Below, piece by piece: positions 1 to 6,855 of a DNA stretch of 12,591 bases (position 1 is the first letter of the stretch; every line of letters starts with the position of its first letter). This stretch comes from a virus. Made by a program: the position numbers and the translations under genes. The DNA is taken from the UHGV virus genome UHGV-1346634; one strand, given 5' to 3'. The notes below the pieces were generated by a model. That model saw only the letters and a program-made list of their open reading frames with translations. It was not told the origin of the DNA and did not search any database.

Positions 1-55
1 GAGCAATTGCCTTCTAAGCAATCGGTCACTGGTTCGAATCCAGTACAACGCGCCA
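1..55 (+). tRNA. 3' portion of a tRNA-Arg (anticodon UCU), truncated at the window edge
   Basis: Anticodon stem ATTGC (6-10) / GCAAT (18-22) around the 7-nt loop CTTCTAA (11-17), anticodon TCT at 13-15. T-stem ACTGG/CCAGT around the loop TTCGAAT (33-39), acceptor 3' strand, discriminator and CCA ending at 55. Position and anticodon fit the argO-type tRNA that precedes stx in Stx phages (from memory). Confidence 0.8.
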
Positions 56-68
56 CACTTATTTTCCC

Positions 69-93
69 AGGCTCGCTTTTGCGGGCCTTTTTT
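69..93 (+). terminator. Intrinsic terminator after the tRNA
   Basis: 8-bp stem AGGCTCGC / GCGGGCCT (one G-U pair) with TTTT loop, followed by a T-run to 93. Confidence 0.6.
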
Positions 94-140
94 GTCTCCG
101 TGCCACGCCCGGCGCATATCAACCACAGAGCCTTTCACAA

Positions 141-1076
141 ATGGTTTTTCAGGAATCCAATAATCGCGAAGTCGCCAGAAAATACGCAGAGTACATCACG
201 TCCGTTCCTTTGCGTCGGTTTGTCGCTGAAAAAGTGCGGGAATATTGTGGTGATCTGCCCCTGAGTATTTTTGATGGTGCGTGTGGCTCCGGGCAACTGG
301 AGCAGTTTCTCACGGTGGGAAGTCTGTATGCTGTGGATCTACAGGCCTCTCCGTTGTTGCATATCCCGGATAACTTCCCGGATGCCACAGTGAAGACGGT
401 CAATGAAAATTTCTTCAACGCCATAGATGATGTCAGTGACACGGACACGTTCGATTGTGTCATCATGAATCCGCCTTTTTCGCTACAGTACAAAGCACAG
501 AGCGCGGATATCAGGGAGAAGATTTCAGCGATGATGCCTTATAAAAAGACCTCCGGTGTTCTGGATGACGCGTTTTATGTTCTGGCGAGTATGAAGGCAA
601 GATTTTCATTTTTTTTGTGCTTTCCCGGGGTTGGTTACAGGCGTGGTGAGCTGGCAATGCGTCAGTATTTTGGCAACCGCGTTGTTGAGTTGGTTCAGAT
701 TTCAGGCGGGTTCGCTGATACATCGGTTTCTGTATTATTCGTCATTATTGATAACGAAAAGCAAAGCGATGATGTTGTTGTTTATGGCGTCGGGTTTAAT
801 GGGGAAACTTGCAAAAAGTCAGCGCCGGTGACGGAGAAGATTAACACAGAGAACTGGAACAGGCCGTACATTGCTGAAGAGAAGGTGGTCATTGACATTG
901 TACAGGTGACGGCTGAGTTGCTTGTAAGGCAAACAAGAAGACGGAAACTTGAAGATGAGCATAACGCCTTTGTGTGGTCCTTAATGAGTGATGATCAGCG
1001 GACGGAGGTTTCCCGTTTTCTGTCAGTGCACGGTTTGTTTTTTGATGCCGGTTCAGGTTGTGTGCACATACGTTAA
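141..1076 (+). CDS. SAM-dependent amino-methyltransferase, probably an orphan gamma-class N6-adenine DNA methyltransferase
   Basis: 311-aa ORF with ATG start. SAM-binding motif I-like IFDGACGSGQ (aa 43-52) precedes the catalytic motif NPPF (nt 468-479, in CVIMNPPFS); that order is the gamma-class arrangement. No nuclease partner is adjacent. A DNA substrate is inferred from phage context; an rRNA or protein methyltransferase with NPPF cannot be excluded without a profile search. Confidence 0.6.
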   Translation: MVFQESNNREVARKYAEYITSVPLRRFVAEKVREYCGDLPLSIFDGACGSGQLEQFLTVGSLYAVDLQASPLLHIPDNFPDATVKTVNENFFNAIDDVSDTDTFDCVIMNPPFSLQYKAQSADIREKISAMMPYKKTSGVLDDAFYVLASMKARFSFFLCFPGVGYRRGELAMRQYFGNRVVELVQISGGFADTSVSVLFVIIDNEKQSDDVVVYGVGFNGETCKKSAPVTEKINTENWNRPYIAEEKVVIDIVQVTAELLVRQTRRRKLEDEHNAFVWSLMSDDQRTEVSRFLSVHGLFFDAGSGCVHIR

Positions 1077-1083
1077 ATCTGAG

Positions 1084-1139
1084 GCTGGTCGCTGGTCGCT
1101 GGTCGCTGGTCGCTGGTCGCTGGTCGCTGGTCGCCGGTG
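1084..1139. repeat. Tandem heptanucleotide repeat, (GCTGGTC) x7 plus one degenerate unit GCCGGTG
   Basis: Seven perfect contiguous GCTGGTC units at 1084-1132 and a degenerate unit at 1133-1139, starting 8 nt after the methyltransferase stop codon. Confidence 0.95.
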
Positions 1140-1181
1140 TCGTGATGGTTGTCTTCCTGTTGCCCCGAAAATTTTAAATGT

Positions 1182-1411
1182 CTCACAATTCAGGCGGTTG
1201 ACAGTTGTCTGATTTGCGGGGCGTTTGTTAAAAGAAACTGGCATGGTGAATCCCCCTGAGCGGAGGGGCATATCAGCGACAGGTGTTTGGTTACATCCCT
1301 TATCCTTTCTGTGCGGGTTCAGGTGCTGATACTGAACTCACCGGGAGGCACCCGGCACCATGCAATGGCACATAGCGCCACTCTCCAGCCCCTCTCCGGA
1401 GGGGCTTTTCT
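1182..1411 (+). repeat. Copy A of a diverged ~230-bp direct repeat with two GC-rich hairpins; candidate small-RNA or regulatory element
   Basis: Shares with copy B the blocks CTCACAATTCAG, TTTGTTAAAA, CATGGTGAATCCCCCTG.GCGGAGGGGC, CTGAACTCACCGGGAGGCACCCGGCA.CATGCAATG and ACATAGCGC.ACTC.CAGCCCCTCTCCGGAGGGGCTTT. Hairpin 1 is at about 1252-1269, hairpin 2 (terminator-like) at 1387-1406. Confidence 0.7.
1387..1411 (+). terminator. Intrinsic terminator at the 3' end of repeat copy A
   Basis: 8-bp stem AGCCCCTC / GAGGGGCT with loop TCCG, followed by TTTTCT. Confidence 0.6.
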
Positions 1412-1599
1412 GTGCCGGATACATCACAGTTTCTGGAACCTTGGGTACTACAGTATCAGTCAGGGTGCTATATTTTCAGATGTGATGAAAGCCTGTCAGC
1501 AGGCAGGGCGTATCGGAAATGACCCAGTAGAGAAAACGTTGACTCAGATACCGGTGCTGAGTTACCGGGAAACCGGCATCACATGACCGCTATCCTTCC

Positions 1600-1627
1600 A
1601 GGCCCATCCGCTCCGGTGGGCCTTTTT
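1600..1627 (+). terminator. Intrinsic terminator between the two repeat copies
   Basis: 10-bp stem AGGCCCA(T)CCG / CGGTGGGCCT with one bulged T and loop CTC, followed by a T-run at 1623-1627. Confidence 0.6.
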
Positions 1628-1664
1628 ACTGCAGAAAACAGGTTCCCCGTTAAATGCTATGTTG

Positions 1665-1900
1665 CTCACAATTCAGTCAGTTGAAGGTTGTCTTCCCGAC
1701 TGAGAATTTGTTAAAAAATTTCTGCATGGTGAATCCCCCTGTGCGGAGGGGCGGCTGGTGTACGGTATGGTCTCTGATGATCGTTAGCGAGAATGACGCG
1801 GGTTCGGTGGCACCGGGCTGAACTCACCGGGAGGCACCCGGCATCATGCAATGAACGGTACATAGCGCTACTCCAGCCCCTCTCCGGAGGGGCTTTCTTA
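1665..1900 (+). repeat. Copy B of the diverged ~230-bp direct repeat
   Basis: Same conserved blocks as copy A in the same order with a divergent middle. Hairpin 1 at about 1735-1751, hairpin 2 at 1875-1894. Confidence 0.7.
1875..1900 (+). terminator. Intrinsic terminator at the 3' end of repeat copy B
   Basis: Same 8-bp stem AGCCCCTC / GAGGGGCT with loop TCCG as copy A, followed by TTTCTTAT. Confidence 0.55.
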
Positions 1901-1904
1901 TGGA

Positions 1905-1931
1905 TAAAAAAGCCCGCAACAATGTGCGGGC
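1905..1931 (-). terminator. Terminator-like hairpin oriented for the minus strand
   Basis: 7-bp stem GCCCGCA / TGCGGGC with a 6-nt loop, preceded on the + strand by AAAAAA (1905-1910), so the U-tract lies on the minus strand. No minus-strand gene is evident upstream of it. Confidence 0.35.
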
Positions 1932-1995
1932 AAACATGATTAACACTTTCAAAAAGCAATGAATTTAGCGGACAGATTTTAACCAGAATTCATAA

Positions 1996-2020
1996 GGCTG
2001 CGCAACTGCGCGGCCTTTTT
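1996..2020 (+). terminator. Intrinsic terminator upstream of nanS-p
   Basis: 8-bp stem GGCTGCGC / GCGCGGCC (one G-U pair) with loop AACT, followed by TTTTT at 2016-2020. Confidence 0.55.
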
Positions 2021-2122
2021 CGTATTGCGGGCTGTAGTCTTCCTCCTGCCATTGTCCTGTAACTTCCGGACTTCAGCTCGCTCCTTATCTGACTCACAAC
2101 ATTATCCCGACCGGGAGGATTC

Positions 2123-4102
2123 ATGACATTTAAACACTACGATGTGGTCAGGGCGGCGTCGCCGTCAGACCTTGCGGAGCGACTGACTCAAAAACTGAAG
2201 GAGGGGTGGCAGCCATTTGGCAGTCCTGTCGCCATCACGCCTTATACCCTGATGCAGGCCATTGCGGCGGAAGGTGATGTCACCACACCTGTGGTGGTGA
2301 AGCCGTCGGATGGAGAAGGCACAGTTATCAGCACCACCAGCGAACCGGAGTATTACTTTGTTGTTGTTCTGGCGGGGCAGTCAAACTCAATGTCTTTTGG
2401 TGAAGGGCTGCCGCTGCCGGAGACATATGACCGTCCGGACCCGCGTATTAAACAGCTGGCGCGTCGCAGTACGGTGACGCCGGGTGGTGCCGCCTGTAAA
2501 TATAACGACATCATTCCGGCAGACCACTGTCTGCATGATGTGCAGGATATGAGTAACCTGAATCATCCTCATGCAGACCTGAGTAAGGGACAGTACGGTT
2601 GTGTGGGGCATGCTCTGCATGTTGCCAAAAAGCTGCTGCCGTTTATGCCTGCGAATGCGGGTATCCTTCTTGTTCCATGTGGCCGTGGCGATTCGGGATT
2701 TACTGCGGGGGCCGAGGGGGCGTTTAACGAAGCGTCGGGAGCGACCGCAGGCTCGTCCCTGTGGGGGGCGGATAAACCGCTGTATCATGACCTGGTCAGC
2801 AGAACCCGTGCGGCCCTGAAGAAAAATCCGAAGAACGTGCTGTTATCAGTGATCTGGATGCAGGGAGAAAAAGATGTCAGTTCGGGGAGACATGCAGAAC
2901 ACAATGCGCTTTTCCTTGCCATGGTAAATCAGTTCCGTACGGAACTGGCAGATGTGGCAGAGCAGTGTACTGGCGGGACAACGGCCAGCGTCCCGTGGAT
3001 TTGCGGTGATACCACGTACTACTGGAAGGAAAGGTATGCAGCGCCGTATGAGGCGGTTTACGGTGGGTATAAAGGAAAAGCTGCGCAGAATATTCACTTT
3101 GTGCCGTTGATGACGGATGAGCATGGTGTGAATGTGCCGACAAACGAGCCGTCAGAAGATCCGGACATTATCCCGGCGGGATACTATGGCGCTGCGTCAC
3201 GCACTGCCAGTAACTGGACGGCAGCCGATCGTAAAACGCACTTCAGTTCATGGGCGCGAAGAGGCCTTGTTTCAGACCGCCTGGCAGGTGCCATTTTGCA
3301 GTACGCCGGGCGGACATTATCGTTCCTTACCGGGCAGAGCGCACCGCAGTCGGGTGGTACAACGCCTGTCAGTCCGGGGACACCGGATGTTGAGAAACCG
3401 CAGGATGGCGGTGTTGCTGGTACTGGTCATGATGAGGCCGTGAGCAGTACCAGGACGGTGGCTGAATATGATGCGAACAGTGGAAATGGTGCATTGACAG
3501 AGCAGCAGTGGGGCGCTTCCGGCGGCAAAGGCACTGTGACTGATGACGGTGGACGGAAAGCGCTGCGACTGGAAAAACAGCCCGGTAAACTGACGTCCTG
3601 GAAAATGTTCCGTACTATTGCAGTGGAGGAGGCAAAAAATCTTCTCAGCAAGGGGGGGGAAATTGCCGTACGGTTCAAAATTCCGGATGGAAGCGAGCTG
3701 GTGAACGGACAGTTTGTCTTTGGTATCTACTGGCCGGTGTCGCAGTGGGCGTCAGGCGCGACAGCAAACAGTATGCTGGCATCATTCTTCCTTCAGACGG
3801 ATACATCAAATCTTAATCTGATGCACCAGAAGGGCTCCTCGAATGCACAACTGGGTACATTTGGTACGTTTGACCATAACTGGCATACGGTTGTTTTCCG
3901 CTTTGCGGGAAATAACAGCGAAAGAGTTGTTCCGGTGATTGATGGTGCAGAGCAGACGGCATTTGACCTTGTGATGTGGACAAATGATGGCTTTACAGCA
4001 GATACGCTGACGCTGACAGATATCACGGGGGCAAAAGCGACGTATCCGGTACTGCTTGATACGGTCACAGTCAAAGTTAACGAAAGCCGGGCATCATCAT
4101 AA
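2123..4102 (+). CDS. nanS-p: Prophage sialate 9-O-acetylesterase (NanS-p type)
   Basis: 659-aa ORF with RBS GGGAGG 4 nt before the ATG. SGNH-esterase motif LAGQSN (in VVVLAGQSNSM) and a DUF1737-like N-terminus. Size and position match the large esterase ORF downstream of stx in 933W-type phages (from memory). Confidence 0.8.
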   Translation: MTFKHYDVVRAASPSDLAERLTQKLKEGWQPFGSPVAITPYTLMQAIAAEGDVTTPVVVKPSDGEGTVISTTSEPEYYFVVVLAGQSNSMSFGEGLPLPETYDRPDPRIKQLARRSTVTPGGAACKYNDIIPADHCLHDVQDMSNLNHPHADLSKGQYGCVGHALHVAKKLLPFMPANAGILLVPCGRGDSGFTAGAEGAFNEASGATAGSSLWGADKPLYHDLVSRTRAALKKNPKNVLLSVIWMQGEKDVSSGRHAEHNALFLAMVNQFRTELADVAEQCTGGTTASVPWICGDTTYYWKERYAAPYEAVYGGYKGKAAQNIHFVPLMTDEHGVNVPTNEPSEDPDIIPAGYYGAASRTASNWTAADRKTHFSSWARRGLVSDRLAGAILQYAGRTLSFLTGQSAPQSGGTTPVSPGTPDVEKPQDGGVAGTGHDEAVSSTRTVAEYDANSGNGALTEQQWGASGGKGTVTDDGGRKALRLEKQPGKLTSWKMFRTIAVEEAKNLLSKGGEIAVRFKIPDGSELVNGQFVFGIYWPVSQWASGATANSMLASFFLQTDTSNLNLMHQKGSSNAQLGTFGTFDHNWHTVVFRFAGNNSERVVPVIDGAEQTAFDLVMWTNDGFTADTLTLTDITGAKATYPVLLDTVTVKVNESRASS

Positions 4103-4107
4103 CCGGC

Positions 4108-4144
4108 AAAAAAAACCGCCAGCGGCAGGAACGGAAGCTGGCGG
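4108..4144 (-). terminator. Terminator-like hairpin with the U-tract on the minus strand, just after the nanS-p stop
   Basis: A8 run at 4108-4115, then stem CCGCCAGC (4116-4123) / GCTGGCGG (4137-4144) with a long 13-nt loop. On the + strand there is no downstream T-run. Confidence 0.3.
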
Positions 4145-4241
4145 AGGTAATTCCAATGGAGAATGTAAAGAAAAGATGCTTTCGTATATCGGTTTTTTAA
4201 ATGAAAACAGTTCTCATTGTCAACCATAACGGTAAGAAACT

Positions 4242-4436
4242 ATGACATTTGTTCATCAGGTGATGCTGTACTTCTGTACGGCGGTCTGTGTGCTGTATCT
4301 TCTTTCGGGTGGGTACAGGGCGGTGCGCGATTTCTGGCGCAGGCAGATTGATAAAAGGGCCGCAGAGAAAATCAGCGCCAGTCAGTCAGCCGGAGCAAAA
4401 ACAGAAGCCCCACTCATTCCGGAACAACCTTCTTAA
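4242..4436 (+). CDS. Hypothetical small protein with one predicted transmembrane helix
   Basis: 64-aa ORF with ATG start; hydrophobic segment LYFCTAVCVLYLLSGG followed by a basic stretch. Weak RBS. Confidence 0.4.
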   Translation: MTFVHQVMLYFCTAVCVLYLLSGGYRAVRDFWRRQIDKRAAEKISASQSAGAKTEAPLIPEQPS

Positions 4437-4461
4437 TAACCCCTTTCAACGAGAAAATCCT

Positions 4462-4731
4462 ATGTCAGAAATAAAATCGCTGGTCACTGCTGAGGCAGTG
4501 AAGGAAGTCCTGCGCTCTGAAGAAGTCAGAAGCGCACTGAAACAGCAACTTCGGCAGAACCTTGAGGCGCGTCTTGATGCAGAAGTGGATGCCATTCTGG
4601 ATGAACTGCTGGGCGCACCGACTGTTCCGGAGCCGGAAGGCATTGCGGATGACAGTGCTGTTTCAGATGGCGTCGGGTCTCAGCCTGACGGTAGTGAAGA
4701 GCCTCAGCCTGACGGCGAAATGATGATGTAA
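4462..4731 (+). CDS. Hypothetical acidic protein
   Basis: ATG at 4462 directly after the stop of the previous ORF. The 147-aa ORF in the track (from 4288) overlaps the preceding ORF and looks like an N-terminal over-extension. 89 aa, Asp/Glu-rich C-terminus. Confidence 0.4.
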   Translation: MSEIKSLVTAEAVKEVLRSEEVRSALKQQLRQNLEARLDAEVDAILDELLGAPTVPEPEGIADDSAVSDGVGSQPDGSEEPQPDGEMMM

Positions 4732-4806
4732 CCATGCGCAGTGGGTGTCGGTGTGAGCTGATGCCCCACTTGTTGTTGTGAGCTTCCGGATTGCGGGAGA
4801 CGGGGT

Positions 4807-5022
4807 ATGTACCAGATGGAAAAAATCACAACAGGTGTGTCATACACCACGTCAGCGGTGGGAACGGGCTACTGGTTCCTGCAGTTGCTGGACAGGGTTT
4901 CCCCGTCTCAGTGGGCGGCAATAGGCGTGCTGGGGAGTCTGCTGTTTGGTCTGCTGACGTACCTGACGAACCTGTATTTCAAAATTAAAGAAGACCGGCG
5001 TAAGGCGGCCCGGGGAGAGTAA
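4807..5022 (+). CDS. S: Class II holin (pinholin, S21-like) with dual start
   Basis: 71 aa; near-identical in pattern to phage 21 S ([23 protein letters not shown]...[21 protein letters not shown], from memory). Two in-frame starts at M1 (4807) and M4 (4816), the usual antiholin/holin arrangement. A SAR endolysin follows. Confidence 0.9.
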   Translation: MYQMEKITTGVSYTTSAVGTGYWFLQLLDRVSPSQWAAIGVLGSLLFGLLTYLTNLYFKIKEDRRKAARGE

Positions 5023-5026
5023 AGCG

Positions 5027-6013
5027 ATGAATAAAAAATATGAACTGGTTGTAAAAGGGATAAATCATTACCCGGATAAGATAACTGTTACTGTGGCACT
5101 GGTAATTGCCGGGCAGCCGTCGTTGTTGTCGCCATATGTGGCGATTAGTCTTGACCGTACTGAAGGTGCCACGCTGGAGTTTTACGAAGCTGAGGCGAAA
5201 AAACAGGCGAAGCAGTTTTTCATGGATGCGGCTCTCGGATTACGCGAAGGGACTGCGCGATATGGCTTTCAGAATATTTCTTCATGGACAATGCCGGAAA
5301 AAATCGCCACTTACCCGGGGCGTGAAAAGGTCAACGAACCGGTAAAAAATGCGCCTGATGATGTGCAGAGCGCGATGGTTAATGTGGAGCTTCCGGCACG
5401 TGTGACACCAGGAGTGAAAGTCGGGGAAGATTCTCGTCTTGTGCTGACCAAAAGAATAGGCAGCGTGGTCAGTGTTCATATTGATCATGAGGAAGTTCTG
5501 TCGGTTATGTACAGGGAAGACTACGATCCGAAAACAACATTCAGCGACTATGAAGCGAGAGCAAAGGAGTATGCCTTGTCGGTATTTGCTGCGGTACGTG
5601 GCGAGGACTGTCGTAAAAACGGGCATGAAAGTGATTTTACTGTGCCTGTGTCGGACAAAAACCAGGAACGGGAGTGTAACCGGCCATCCTTTGTTGTATC
5701 CGGTGATGACGGGAAAATCACCATATCAGAAAATGGAAAAGTAACACCGCCATCGCACCAGCACTGTGAGATGCTCATTGAATTTGCCATTGATTACCTG
5801 AAGAACAATAAAAAACAGGGGCTGATGAAGCGTATTGGTCGTTGCATGGGATATCTGCAGGTAGCTGCTGAGATTGAAGCGCTGGCCAGTGGTGCTGAAA
5901 AGGATGCAGTTGTGCGGGAGACCGTTCTTCGTGATTTCAATACTCCACCCTTTAAGACTGAGCCTGATAACTGGATCCAGCCGGGGCTGACTTATCTTAA
6001 AGTGCGTATTTAG
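5027..6013 (+). CDS. Hypothetical 328-aa protein inserted between holin and endolysin; function unknown
   Basis: Long uninterrupted ORF. ATG is 4 nt after the holin stop, with GGGGAGAG 9 nt upstream, so it is translationally embedded in the late lysis operon. No signal peptide, transmembrane segment or motif that I recognise. P21 and 933W-type cassettes, as I recall them, have S followed directly by R. Confidence 0.6.
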   Translation: MNKKYELVVKGINHYPDKITVTVALVIAGQPSLLSPYVAISLDRTEGATLEFYEAEAKKQAKQFFMDAALGLREGTARYGFQNISSWTMPEKIATYPGREKVNEPVKNAPDDVQSAMVNVELPARVTPGVKVGEDSRLVLTKRIGSVVSVHIDHEEVLSVMYREDYDPKTTFSDYEARAKEYALSVFAAVRGEDCRKNGHESDFTVPVSDKNQERECNRPSFVVSGDDGKITISENGKVTPPSHQHCEMLIEFAIDYLKNNKKQGLMKRIGRCMGYLQVAAEIEALASGAEKDAVVRETVLRDFNTPPFKTEPDNWIQPGLTYLKVRI

Positions 6014-6049
6014 TGGGCCAGGGACAGCGGCTGAATATTTAATATATCC

Positions 6050-6583
6050 ATGAACGCAAAAATCAAATACGGCCTGTCAGCTGCTGTTCTGGCGCTGATT
6101 GCCGCAGGGGCTTCTGCGCCTGAAATCCTCGACCAGTTTCTGGATGAAAAAGAAGGTAACCACACCACGGCATACCGTGATGGTGCGGGTATCTGGACCA
6201 TCTGCCGTGGAGCCACCCGGGTGGATGGTAAGCCTGTGATTCCTGGCATGAAGCTGTCGAAGGAAAAATGCGACCGGGTTAACGCTATCGAACGGGATAA
6301 GGCGCTGGCATGGGTGGCGAAAAACATCAGAGTGCCACTGACCGAACCTCAGAAAGCGGGTATTGCGTCATTCTGCCCGTATAACATTGGCCCCGGTAAG
6401 TGTTTCCCGTCGACGTTTTATAAACGAATTAATGCAGGCGATCGCAGAGGAGCGTGTGAAGCGATTCGCTGGTGGATTAAGGACGGTGGCAGAGACTGCC
6501 GTATCCGCTCAAATAATTGTTACGGTCAGGTATCCCGGCGTGATCAGGAGAGTGCGCTGGCATGCTGGGGTATCGACAGGTAG
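6050..6583 (+). CDS. R: SAR endolysin (phage lysozyme, P21 R-type)
   Basis: 177 aa. N-terminal Gly/Ala-rich weakly hydrophobic signal-anchor-release segment GLSAAVLALIAAGASA. Catalytic E-x8-D-x5-T triad within EGNHTTAYRDGAGIWT. Matches the P21 R lysozyme pattern. Confidence 0.85.
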   Translation: MNAKIKYGLSAAVLALIAAGASAPEILDQFLDEKEGNHTTAYRDGAGIWTICRGATRVDGKPVIPGMKLSKEKCDRVNAIERDKALAWVAKNIRVPLTEPQKAGIASFCPYNIGPGKCFPSTFYKRINAGDRRGACEAIRWWIKDGGRDCRIRSNNCYGQVSRRDQESALACWGIDR

Positions 6584-6691
6584 CAGAATATTTTGCTGAA
6601 AAATGATGTTGGTCAACGCGGGCAGATAACACGAAATCCTGCGAACTGGCAAAATGTAAGTGAATAAAGTCAGGATCATTGTTTCACGCAG

Positions 6692-6720
6692 AGGCACCGT
6701 AATGGTGCCTTTGTCATTTA
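6692..6720 (+). terminator. Weak terminator-like hairpin after the endolysin
   Basis: Stem AGGCACC / GGTGCCT with loop GTAAT, followed by an interrupted T-rich run TTGTCATTT. Confidence 0.3.
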
Positions 6721-6855
6721 TGCGCTTCGCACAAGCGTAAATAAACCAAAGAACCTTTCAGGATGAGCCCTGGTGGATAACCGGCAGTGGTCTGGTTAAC
6801 CCTCTTTGGGCTGGTTATTCCTGTGCGCAGGGTTCATCACTAAAAGGAATCAACC

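Noticed and set aside
149-723. Minus-strand ORFs 149-493 and 511-723 inside the methyltransferase gene
   Set aside because: Fully antisense to a longer ORF with clear methyltransferase motifs and no independent signals.
1084-1139. Tandem repeat as a possible CRISPR array
   Set aside because: The unit is 7 bp with no spacers; it is a simple microsatellite, not a repeat-spacer array.
988-1212. 74-aa + strand ORF reading through the heptamer repeat (and the 72-aa minus-strand ORF 1053-1271 over the same repeat)
   Set aside because: Both owe their length to translating the tandem repeat, overlap the methyltransferase 3' end and have no convincing RBS; best treated as artefacts of the repeat.
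1287-1959. ORFs 1287-1586 (+, 99 aa) and 1711-1959 (-, 82 aa)
   Set aside because: Each lies across one copy of the duplicated hairpin element, lacks an RBS and has a low-complexity translation; the region looks non-coding.
56-2122. Looked for stxA/stxB (Shiga toxin) genes between the tRNA-Arg and nanS-p, where they sit in Stx phages
   Set aside because: Nothing in this interval encodes an RNA N-glycosidase A subunit or a ~70-aa secreted B subunit. It holds a methyltransferase and non-coding repeats, so this is an stx-negative relative.
2387-4227. Several 70-144-aa ORFs in other frames within or overlapping nanS-p
   Set aside because: All nested in or antisense to a 659-aa ORF with a recognisable esterase motif; their translations are Arg/His/Cys-rich in the way out-of-frame translations of GC-rich sequence usually are.
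4288-4461. N-terminal extension making a 147-aa ORF (4288-4731)
   Set aside because: The extension overlaps the upstream 64-aa ORF in another frame; the internal ATG at 4462 just after that ORF's stop is the more economical start.
5106-5790. Overlapping ORFs (79-114 aa, both strands) inside the 328-aa gene
   Set aside because: Shorter, nested, and without start signals; the 328-aa frame is the only one with an RBS and tight coupling to the holin.
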